NCBI GenBank assembly: GCA_037189985.1
Contig: JBBCJX010000009.1
Span: 1 to 24,000 of the forward strand
Origin: Moraxellaceae bacterium
GTDB taxonomy: Bacteria > Pseudomonadota > Gammaproteobacteria > Pseudomonadales > Moraxellaceae
Direction: 5' to 3'
DNA length: 24,000 bases
The notes under the pieces were generated by a model. It was not told the DNA's origin. It did no database searches and saw only the letters and a list, made by a program, of their open reading frames with translations. This document shows, one piece after another, positions 1 to 6,526 of this stretch; position 1 is the first letter of the stretch; every line of letters starts with the position of its first letter. The translations under genes and the position numbers were made by a program.

Positions 1-203
1 ACCCGGATATGTAGACCTGAGTCAGGGTGCGACACCCTGCGCCCTTATTCCCTCTGTTCATCTTGTTTTAAGTGCCTTTTCCTTTTCCGTGAGAGTCAAC
101 CTGCGACATACTCCGCCGGCCTGAGTCAGCTGGATTATGTACAGGACTGTGTACATAAAGCGCTGCCTTGGCGTTCATGGCGAATTTTGTACATGGTGAT
201 GGC

Positions 204-1409
204 ATGCCGCTTACGGATACCTGGCTCAAGGCCAATGAAGGGAAAGAGCGAGAAAAGACTCTCGAAGTTGCTGATCGTGATGGCATGGGGGTTCGTGTCT
301 CGCCCAAGGGCAAGATGACCTTTCAGTTGCGTTATCGCTACGCCGGCAAGGCGGCTCGGGTAGATCTTGGCACATATCCCATGATGGGGCTCAAGGCGGC
401 TCGTATGGAGGCGCAACGGCTAAGGGGGCAACTGGAGACTGGGCATGATCCGCGAGTGGTGGTGCAGCTTGAGAAGCACAAGCTTTCTGGTGCCATCCAG
501 ATCGAGACCATGATCAGGCAGTGGTATGCGGCCTATTGCGTTGCGAATAAGAAAAACCATGCCGAGATACTGCGTTCATTTGAGATCTACATTTTTCCAA
601 AGCTGGGCTCGTTGCCGGCGGAACTGACAACGATTCCTCTGTGGCTGGATATCCTGGAGCCTATAGCCAAGAAGTATCCGGGCATTGCGGACCGTCTCCT
701 GATCAACTCCAAGCAGGCGTACAAGTGGGCGATACGACGAAGCTTGGTCGACTTGAATCCGTTGGCGAGCATAACCGGTGCTGCTGATCTGAACATCCGG
801 AAGGGGCAGGGTACGCGGACTCTGGATGATGATGAGCTGCGCCATGTGTGGCGAGCCATCAATGAGTCCCGGATGCTGCAGAAGAATCGTCTGTTCCTGA
901 GGTTGGTTATTTTTTACGGCTGCAGGAACGGGGAGTTGCGGTTGGCCAGGAAGGAGCATTTCAATTTCAAGGATGGCGTATGGACGGTTCCTCCGGAAAA
1001 CCACAAGACTGGAAAGAAAACTGGAAAGGCACTTCTGCGCCCAATCATTCCTGAGGTGCGGCCTCTTATCGAGGAGGCAATGATGCTGAGTGCGGGGCCT
1101 TTTCTCTTTACCAATGCTGAGTCTGAGGAGGGAATGGGGCCGCGTGTTCCGCTGGCGCTGCCTTACAACATCATGCAATGGCTGCGGAAAAATGATGGCT
1201 TTGAGATGGGGCACTGGTCCGTTCATGACTTGAGAAGGACGGCCCGTACCAACTTTTCAAAAATCACTAATCCGCTGACTGCAGAAATAATGCTGGGTCA
1301 TAAGCTTCCTGGGGTGTGGGAGGTGTATGACAGATATAACTATCTTGGCGAGCAGGCAGTTGCGTATTCAAGCTGGTGGGCACGACTCATGCAGATTGTT
1401 GAAGCTTGA
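204..1409 (+). CDS. int: Tyrosine recombinase/integrase, P4-like (N-terminal arm-binding DUF4102-type domain)
   Basis: The ORF at 168..1409 opens with TTG. The ATG at 204 gives MPLTDTWLKA..., a typical P4-integrase N-terminus. The N-terminal motif GVRVSPKGKMTFQLRYRYAGK is present. The C-terminal catalytic signature is HDLRRTARTN ... MLGHKLPGVWEVYDRYNY (HxxR ... H ... Y). Confidence 0.9.
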   Translation: MPLTDTWLKANEGKEREKTLEVADRDGMGVRVSPKGKMTFQLRYRYAGKAARVDLGTYPMMGLKAARMEAQRLRGQLETGHDPRVVVQLEKHKLSGAIQIETMIRQWYAAYCVANKKNHAEILRSFEIYIFPKLGSLPAELTTIPLWLDILEPIAKKYPGIADRLLINSKQAYKWAIRRSLVDLNPLASITGAADLNIRKGQGTRTLDDDELRHVWRAINESRMLQKNRLFLRLVIFYGCRNGELRLARKEHFNFKDGVWTVPPENHKTGKKTGKALLRPIIPEVRPLIEEAMMLSAGPFLFTNAESEEGMGPRVPLALPYNIMQWLRKNDGFEMGHWSVHDLRRTARTNFSKITNPLTAEIMLGHKLPGVWEVYDRYNYLGEQAVAYSSWWARLMQIVEA

Positions 1410-1614
1410 ATTCGACTGCCTCCCACGCAAGAACATCAGAGATTGACCAAAGGCTCTCGGCGCCTGAGCACTGCCGGCGTGGTTGTGGTAGTGGGTTGGG
1501 CTCTTTCTTCATCCATCTGTAGATTGTTCGCTTTGAGCAGCGGTATCTGTTGGCGATGTCTGCTGTGGTCCAGTAGCCGGGCGGTATTTCAATTGGTGGA
1601 AATGGACAGACCAT
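1387..1614 (-). CDS. xis: AlpA/excisionase-family helix-turn-helix protein (putative Xis)
   Basis: 75 aa. TADIANRYRCSKRTIYRWMKK looks like an AlpA/Xis-type HTH. The gene is convergent with int and overlaps its 3' end by 23 nt. Confidence 0.6.
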   Translation of the reverse strand: MVCPFPPIEIPPGYWTTADIANRYRCSKRTIYRWMKKEPNPLPQPRRQCSGAESLWSISDVLAWEAVEFKLQQSA

Positions 1615-1620
1615 GATGGA

Positions 1621-2247
1621 TTAACCTCTGTTGACCAAGGCGGCCATGAGGCGGTCGTGGTGGACGTAAATGGGGCGTCCAGTGGTCTTTTCTTTCTCGA
1701 TCCACCACTCCAGTACTTCACGCAGGCCAAGCGTGGCAGGCGAGTGGGCGGCTGCCGGTGCTGGTGATTGGTTAACCGGGCTCTTCTCCGGCAGGGCGGC
1801 GAGCCCATCCAGTACGCGCTGCCGGAGCTCCTGGGTCTTCTTGCCGCCAGATCCCTTCAGTGCGCCCGATGCGTAAGCTGTGCAAATGCCATTCTCTATG
1901 CACCACTTATTCATGGTGGTCCCTTTCTTCTTGAATTCTTCCTTCACGGCGGTCCGGATATCGCGTGTGGCCGATATCGCGGGCTTCGGTTTGTCTTCTT
2001 TTTGGGGGGCGGGCTCCGGCTTCATTTTCTTTTCGGCTTGCTTGTCGAGCTCGTTGCGGCGCTCGGCATCACGTTGTGGATTGATGCTGAAGTCCTTGAA
2101 GTTGGCCGTGTCGCCTGTGGCGCCAGCGCCGACGGCCTGTATCTTTCCGCCGCGCTGTAGGAAGCGCTCCATGTCGGCTTCCAGCTGCTCGCGGTAGCTT
2201 CTCTTCTGCTCGATGACGGCGCTGTTGATGATGGATGTTTCGGTCAT
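1621..2247 (-). CDS. Hypothetical protein with a possible Ner-like HTH segment
   Basis: ORF 1621..2268. The internal ATG at 2247 has a GAGG 5 nt upstream and clears the upstream stop codon (2255-2257). The central Lys/Glu/Pro-rich linker is followed by IRTAVKEEFKKKGTTMNKWCIENGICTAYASGALKG, which resembles Ner/Nlp-type HTH. Confidence 0.45.
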   Translation of the reverse strand: MTETSIINSAVIEQKRSYREQLEADMERFLQRGGKIQAVGAGATGDTANFKDFSINPQRDAERRNELDKQAEKKMKPEPAPQKEDKPKPAISATRDIRTAVKEEFKKKGTTMNKWCIENGICTAYASGALKGSGGKKTQELRQRVLDGLAALPEKSPVNQSPAPAAAHSPATLGLREVLEWWIEKEKTTGRPIYVHHDRLMAALVNRG

Positions 2248-2254
2248 GATGGCC

Positions 2255-2524
2255 TCAGTTCTTGTCATAAACGGATTTGAGCCAGCTGGAGTACTCGCCC
2301 ATGTTGCTGATCAATATGAGGCGGCTGTCGTCGCACCCGCGTAAGCGGGAGGCGTCATCGCAGTCTGTGCATGCGTTTATGTACTCATGCAGGCTGGCGA
2401 TAGCCGCATCCAGTTTTTTGGCAGTGGCAAGTCCGGCTTGCACGCGCTTTGCTTTGTTGCGGGCTTCTCTTTTCCGCTGGGTGTCGCTCTTGAAGTCGTC
2501 GCCCGACATTGATTGCTGAATCAT
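2255..2524 (-). CDS. Hypothetical 89-aa protein, start codon abuts the RT stop (TAAATG)
   Basis: The ORF start (ATG, 2524-2522) immediately follows the RT stop TAA (2527-2525). The N-terminus is basic (KREARNKAKR) and Cys residues are present (CTDCDD..C). I recognise no family. Confidence 0.5.
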   Translation of the reverse strand: MIQQSMSGDDFKSDTQRKREARNKAKRVQAGLATAKKLDAAIASLHEYINACTDCDDASRLRGCDDSRLILISNMGEYSSWLKSVYDKN

Positions 2525-3706
2525 TTATTTTCCCGCCCCATAGATTTTGGTCAGATGGTGATTCACGGCACGGCCGCGCTGCAGGATGGCTTTGGAAACC
2601 TTCGCGCGGTCCTGCTGGCTATGGGTGGCTTGCCCGATCAGGCCGAGGTAGCTGTTGGCCACGGCCGTCAGATCCTCGCGTGGTGTTGTGCGCATGGCGG
2701 CCACGGCATGGTTCACTGTCCGGCGGCGGGTGGTGCGGTGCCATGGCTTGATGACCTGGCCCACAAAGTCCACACCACGCGACACGGGCTGCAGGATCGT
2801 CTTCTTGGGATTGAGCTCAAGGGCGAGGCGTGCCGGCAGGAAGGCCTCTATCTCGGCCAGCCATGCACGCAACTGCTGCGGTGATTCGTGCACCAGAACA
2901 AAGTCATCCACATAGCGCACGTAATGCCGGCAGCCAAGACGGTGCTTAACAAACTGGTCCAGCTCATTCATGGTGACGTTGGCGCCGGATTGGCTGGGCA
3001 GGTTTCCTATGGGAAAGCCCTTGTTGCTGGGCTGGCTGGCCAGCCGCTTGTGTGCCGGCACGCGCTCGATCAGTCGTGGATCGCCCCGGTATTCAAAGTC
3101 CTGACGCGGGTCATGGAAGTAGATCGTGTGCGCGAGCCAGCGCCACCATGGCTCAGGAATGCCGGGGGCCAGCAGGCTCCAGAAAATGTCCTTGTCCAGA
3201 GAGACAAAGAAGTTGGCAATGTCGCATTTCAGGTAATAACACGGCCGTGACCAGTTCTGTGATGCGCTCCGGATGTGGTGTTCAAGGCGCTTGGCGCCGT
3301 AGAGGGTCCCTCTTCCTGGAATGCAGGCGCAGCTGTCGGCAATGAAGCGACGCATGAAGCGGTCGGAAATGTGATTGTGCAGTAGCCAGTGCACGATGCG
3401 GTCACGGAAAGGGGCAGCCCATACCTCGCGCGGCTTCGGCCGCGTGATGACAAAGCAGATGCTGCGGCCGGGCTGGTAGGTCTGGCTGCGGAGCTCGTCA
3501 CGTAGCTTGATCAGCTCGCGCTCGTAGTTGAGCTCAAAGGCAAAGGCGCTGGCGGTATTGCGCTTGGTCCGGCTGCAGTCGCGATAGGCGCGCAACAGAT
3601 CGGAGAATAAAAAATCAGCATGGGCCTCGGGGAGGGCATCCGTAAAATCTGCGGACGGCCACTGCACGACGCTTGTTGTCCTTGTTGTTGATGTTGCTGT
3701 TGCCAT
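2525..3706 (-). CDS. DGR-type reverse transcriptase (RNA-directed DNA polymerase)
   Basis: Has the catalytic YVDDFVLV (YxDD) box. The preceding FPIGNLPSQSGANV matches the [ILV]GxxxSQ motif characteristic of DGR RTs (Bordetella phage BPP-1 Brt has IGSLTSQ). The N-terminal FSDLLRAYRDCSRTKR aligns with Brt WENLLDAYRKTSHGKR. The start is uncertain. The ORF opens at GTG 3766. ATG 3706 has AGGA 8 nt upstream. GTG 3667 would give an N-terminus of Brt-like length. All three candidates lie inside or beyond the TR. Confidence 0.92.
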   Translation of the reverse strand: MATATSTTRTTSVVQWPSADFTDALPEAHADFLFSDLLRAYRDCSRTKRNTASAFAFELNYERELIKLRDELRSQTYQPGRSICFVITRPKPREVWAAPFRDRIVHWLLHNHISDRFMRRFIADSCACIPGRGTLYGAKRLEHHIRSASQNWSRPCYYLKCDIANFFVSLDKDIFWSLLAPGIPEPWWRWLAHTIYFHDPRQDFEYRGDPRLIERVPAHKRLASQPSNKGFPIGNLPSQSGANVTMNELDQFVKHRLGCRHYVRYVDDFVLVHESPQQLRAWLAEIEAFLPARLALELNPKKTILQPVSRGVDFVGQVIKPWHRTTRRRTVNHAVAAMRTTPREDLTAVANSYLGLIGQATHSQQDRAKVSKAILQRGRAVNHHLTKIYGAGK

Positions 3707-3748
3707 ACTCGAAGTCCTGAACGTAGACGTTGTTGGCGTCGTTCTGGG
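3650..3748 (-). repeat. DGR template repeat (TR), 99-bp core
   Basis: Aligns without gaps to 4409..4507 and 4996..5094. At every variable position but one, this copy carries A on the minus strand. In the VR reading frame it reads QNDANNVYVQDFEYGNSNINNKDNKRRAVAVR and contains eight AAC codons. Confidence 0.92.
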
Positions 3749-3902
3749 CCGTGTCATGCTATCCACGTCGCCCGGTCGAATCCTCGGCCGGAAAACTGCG
3801 CGAGACCTGCCGGCATGCGCTGGCGGTTTCTCTGATGCGCCTGGCGGTGGCGGCAGTACTGCGCCGCCAGCGGCATAACCAGATTCAGAATACGCACGGC
3901 AG

Positions 3903-4319
3903 TCAAAGCCTTAACTCTGACTGGACTGGCGAGGTTGCGGCTTGGGTGGCCCCGGTATCGCTAAGTGCGCTACTTACACTGCCGTTTTTCCAGCCGCCTG
4001 CTTGGGCGCCGATGGAATCAAGTGTCTCGATGGCTCTGGCGTGGTGCGTGATCGCAATGACTCGTGCGCGTGCCAGTGACCGAAACTGGAAAATCAGGAC
4101 GTCCAGGCTCTCCAAGAGATCGTCAATGCGATCTGCCCGGATGGTTCCTTGGGCCATGTTGGCGCGGCGGATGAGCAGCCCGAGCTTGGAGGCTCGGTCC
4201 AGCATCAGCGGCCCCATCGTGGCTCTGGTGGTCTTCGGAACCTGGCTCATTATCGTGATTGTCTGATCCACCAGCGTTTCAGCCGCGCGGTAAATGGGTA
4301 AATCGGAATGCAGGCTCAT
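3903..4319 (-). CDS. avd: Accessory variability determinant (Avd)-like four-helix-bundle protein
   Basis: 138 aa, located between the target genes and the TR as in canonical DGRs. Helical, basic sequence: ETLVDQTITIMSQVPKTTRATMGPLMLDRASKLGLLIRRAN ... LDVLIFQFRSLARARVI ... IETLDSIGAQAGGWKN. This resembles Avd / 23S-rRNA-IVS-family proteins. The call rests on position and pattern, not on a search. Confidence 0.75.
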   Translation of the reverse strand: MSLHSDLPIYRAAETLVDQTITIMSQVPKTTRATMGPLMLDRASKLGLLIRRANMAQGTIRADRIDDLLESLDVLIFQFRSLARARVIAITHHARAIETLDSIGAQAGGWKNGSVSSALSDTGATQAATSPVQSELRL

Positions 4320-4345
4320 GCTGATAAAACCAAAAATTCAAAAAC

Positions 4346-4364
4346 GAGGGCGCATAGCGCCCTC
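4346..4364 (-). promoter_or_regulatory. GC-rich hairpin downstream of VR1 (8-bp stem gagggcgc/gcgccctc, 3-nt loop); candidate DGR target-recognition hairpin and/or intrinsic terminator
   Basis: Perfect inverted repeat, read directly. On the minus strand it is followed by a T-rich tract (gtttttgaatttttggtttt). A paralogous hairpin sits at the same relative position after VR2. Confidence 0.6.
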
Positions 4365-4379
4365 ACAGCAGGTTAAGGA

Positions 4380-4904
4380 TTAAAGGACTGAAGCACTCAG
4401 CTGAATCGTGCGGACGGCCACTGCACGACGCTTGAAGCCCTTGCGGCTGATGCTGCTGTAGCCATACTCGAAGTCCTGAACGTGGACGTTGTAGGCGTCG
4501 TGCTGGGTGCTGGTCCAATACCAGCCCTCCGGGTTGAGCAGGTGCGGCACGTTGATCGACAGGATTTTCGATTCGTTGGTGGACGGCATGAACCAGTCGC
4601 GGTGGCCTTCGATATCCAAGGCGAGAATCTTTTTGCAGATATCGCTGCCGGCGGCGGCAAAGGCGATGGTGTTGGCCATGCCATTGTCCTTGCTGTCAGC
4701 GCCCTCGACCTTTTCGCCGTAGGTTCCGAATTCTTCTTTTTCGGGGTGGCCTGCCAGATCGGTGGCAATGATCAGTGCACGGAGGGGCTCGCCGGGCTTG
4801 CCGCCGATGATGCCGGCGAAGACGCCGCCTTGGCCGGGCCAGGCTTCGCCAATGTGTGGGGAAGAAAACGTGGTGGTGTGAAGCAGTGTGGCGGGTGCGT
4901 TCAT
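4380..4904 (-). CDS. DGR variable target protein 1 (DUF1566/Lcl-C-terminal-like C-type-lectin-fold candidate), 174 aa
   Basis: AGGAG lies 8 nt upstream of the ATG at 4904. The C-terminus contains VR1. The motifs DWFMPSTNE and WYWTSTQ, and the ending RRAVAVR, resemble DUF1566-type DGR targets. It is about 40% identical to the adjacent paralogue outside the VR. Confidence 0.85.
   Translation of the reverse strand: MNAPATLLHTTTFSSPHIGEAWPGQGGVFAGIIGGKPGEPLRALIIATDLAGHPEKEEFGTYGEKVEGADSKDNGMANTIAFAAAGSDICKKILALDIEGHRDWFMPSTNESKILSINVPHLLNPEGWYWTSTQHDAYNVHVQDFEYGYSSISRKGFKRRAVAVRTIQLSASVL
4409..4507 (-). repeat. DGR variable repeat VR1
   Basis: 11 mismatches to the TR. Ten are at TR adenines (TR + strand positions 3676, 3677, 3679, 3685, 3686, 3688, 3694, 3701, 3734, 3743). 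One is at a non-adenine (3725). It encodes QHDAYNVHVQDFEYGYSSISRKGFK. Confidence 0.9.
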
Positions 4905-4932
4905 GGTATTGCTCCTGAAAAATTTGCGCGCG

Positions 4933-4951
4933 AAGGGCGCTGCGCGCCCTT
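4933..4951 (-). promoter_or_regulatory. GC-rich hairpin downstream of VR2 (8-bp stem aagggcgc/gcgccctt, 3-nt loop)
   Basis: Perfect inverted repeat, read directly. It is paralogous to 4346..4364, and the sequence between hairpin and VR is also conserved between the two copies. Confidence 0.6.
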
Positions 4952-4975
4952 ACAACTGGTTAAGGATTGAAGGAC

Positions 4976-5488
4976 TCAAGCACTCAGCTGAATCTTGCGG
5001 ACGGCCACTGCACGACGCTTGAGGTCCTTGTCGTAGAGGCTGCTGCCGCCATACTCGAAGTCCTGAACGAAGACGTTGTCGGCGTCGTACTGGGTGCTGG
5101 TCAGGTAGTAGTAATCAAACTTGAAAAGCTGCGGCACGTTGATGGCCATTGCACGGGCATCATGGGCAGCAGGCAGGATCAGGTCTTTTTGCCCGGCAAT
5201 TTCCAGATCAAGAATCTGCTGGCAGATCTCGCTGCCGGCGGCGGCAAGGGCGATAGTGTTGGCGCGGCCGTCGTGCATGCTCGTGGCGGCCTCGACATCG
5301 ATGCCGTAGGTGCCGAGCTGGACGCCCTCGAAGTGCACGCGCGGATCATCGGGCAGGATAATGGCTTCGTAGGGACGGCCTTCCTGTCCTCCGGTGATGC
5401 CGCAGAAAATGCCGTGGTGCTCCGGCCAGACGATGCCGACGCGGGGCAGGTTGAGGGTGACGATGACGGGTGTGGCAGATGCATTCAT
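4976..5488 (-). CDS. DGR variable target protein 2 (paralogue of target 1), 170 aa
   Basis: The ORF track extends to 5722. The ATG at 5488 (MNASATP...) parallels the MNAPATL... start of the paralogue and has AGGAG upstream. The C-terminus contains VR2. Confidence 0.85.
   Translation of the reverse strand: MNASATPVIVTLNLPRVGIVWPEHHGIFCGITGGQEGRPYEAIILPDDPRVHFEGVQLGTYGIDVEAATSMHDGRANTIALAAAGSEICQQILDLEIAGQKDLILPAAHDARAMAINVPQLFKFDYYYLTSTQYDADNVFVQDFEYGGSSLYDKDLKRRAVAVRKIQLSA
4996..5094 (-). repeat. DGR variable repeat VR2
   Basis: 11 mismatches to the TR, all at TR adenines (3676, 3677, 3686, 3689, 3692, 3694, 3700, 3701, 3724, 3734, 3743). It encodes QYDADNVFVQDFEYGGSSLYDKDLK. Confidence 0.9.
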
Positions 5489-5514
5489 GGTGGTGCTCCT
5501 GGTTGTAGTCGGGG

Positions 5515-6516
5515 TTATTTGCCTGCGCAGGTACTGCAGAGGGATGGCTCGACCCAGTAGCAACCGCCTGCGCAGGCGCGATGCCACGTGCACCCGCAAA
5601 CCCTGCAGATGTCTTTCTCTGGATCGATGGGGGTTATTGAGGTGATGAGCAGCTGCAGGGCGTGACTGGTGATTGCGGTCACTTCCTCTGTGGTTGCGGG
5701 GCGGGGCTCGGCTGTTCCCCACTTTTCGCCTGCTGGCCAGAACACGCGAGCAGAGTCGCCATCAGGGGTGGGATATTTACGCATTAGCGTGATGGTGCCG
5801 ATGTCCGGAACCGACTCATGTATTTCGTTCGGTTCCTGGGCGTAGGTATCGCCGCTGATGTAGATCTCGGCAACTCCGCGCCTCAGCAAGGTATGGCTCG
5901 GTGCATCTTTGAAGTGGCAGTTCTCGCCCGGCTTGAGTGTCACGGCCATATAGGGATCGCCGAGCCCCTCCGTGAAGCGGTGATTCACAAGGCGGCCGCT
6001 GACGATGGTTGAGCTGAGGCCCCACTGCAGGTGGTCATGGATGGTGCTCACGTTGGCGAACGCATGGCGGCTGTCCCAGACGTGAAGTCTGGTTTCTCCC
6101 GGCAAATGCAGGCGCAGCATGCCGAACCCTTGCAGCGACCAACTGAACTTTCCCGCATTTTCCAGAATGAAGCGCACCAAGCTGCGCAGGCGGGGTAGGT
6201 CGGTTTCCGTCAGTGCTGCCATGTCATGTGCAACAGCTTTCTCCTGAATATCATCAAGGACATCCTCATTGATGATGCGCATGGGAATGTCTTCGCCGCC
6301 CTCGATCCAGTAGCCGCCGTCATGGTCATAGCGCTCACAGTGCAGTGGGCGTTCGTGCCATGGTTGAGTTGGCTCGCCACCCATTTCTGGAATGGTGTAG
6401 CTGTCAAACGGGCCGCCATAGGTGGGCACGAGGCCGAGCTCGGGATGCTCTATCACCATGAAAAAATCACGGCGGGTGATGGGGCACTTTTCGGGGTGAG
6501 TGTTGGTGATGGTCAT
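5515..6516 (-). CDS. Hypothetical protein with Cys-rich C-terminal module
   Basis: ORF 5515..6576. The ATG at 6516 has GAGGG 7 nt upstream and clears the upstream stop at 6527. The middle has a His-rich cupin-like pattern (LHVWDSRH...IHDHLQWGLSSTIVSG). The C-terminus is CRVCGCTWHRACAGGCYWVEPSLCSTC. Confidence 0.6.
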   Translation of the reverse strand: MTITNTHPEKCPITRRDFFMVIEHPELGLVPTYGGPFDSYTIPEMGGEPTQPWHERPLHCERYDHDGGYWIEGGEDIPMRIINEDVLDDIQEKAVAHDMAALTETDLPRLRSLVRFILENAGKFSWSLQGFGMLRLHLPGETRLHVWDSRHAFANVSTIHDHLQWGLSSTIVSGRLVNHRFTEGLGDPYMAVTLKPGENCHFKDAPSHTLLRRGVAEIYISGDTYAQEPNEIHESVPDIGTITLMRKYPTPDGDSARVFWPAGEKWGTAEPRPATTEEVTAITSHALQLLITSITPIDPEKDICRVCGCTWHRACAGGCYWVEPSLCSTCAGK

Positions 6517-6526
6517 GCCGGCGCCC

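Larger units (their letters stand above)
2525..5488 (-). mobile_element. Diversity-generating retroelement cassette: target2(VR2)-target1(VR1)-avd-TR-RT
   Basis: One TR and two VR copies with adenine-specific mismatches, plus a DGR-type RT and an Avd-like gene, all on the same strand (see individual features). Confidence 0.93.

Noticed and set aside
1-167. Possible tRNA 3' end or attL upstream of the integrase, and the hairpin cagggtg-cga-caccctg at 23..39
   Set aside because: No T-arm (GGTTCGAAT-like) or acceptor/CCA pattern is present on either strand. The hairpin lacks a T-tract. att cannot be defined without the other prophage end.
2525-3766. RT considered as a retron, group II intron or Abi-type RT
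   Set aside because: No msr/msd-like inverted repeats, intron RNA domains or maturase/endonuclease domains were seen. The [ILV]GxxxSQ motif, Avd and TR/VR point to a DGR instead.
3749-3902. 154-nt GC-rich gap between avd and the TR with an imperfect palindrome (3849..3868) as a distinct RNA element
   Set aside because: The pairing is imperfect and no conservation evidence is available. It is probably just the 5' leader of the TR transcript, so I made no separate call.
3650-5094. Three-copy repeat considered as a CRISPR array or other tandem repeat
   Set aside because: The copies are 99 bp long, 590-760 bp apart, lie at gene 3' ends, and differ only at adenine positions. That pattern fits DGR TR/VR, not CRISPR repeats and spacers.
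5489-5722. N-terminal extensions of tracked ORFs (for example 4976..5722, 7206..7964, 10141..10542, 10894..11556, 11699..12223, 21630..23828)
   Set aside because: The extensions overlap the upstream gene, encode Arg/Pro/His-rich junk, and are replaced by internal starts that carry an RBS or an ATGA overlap. For target 2, the start matches that of its paralogue.
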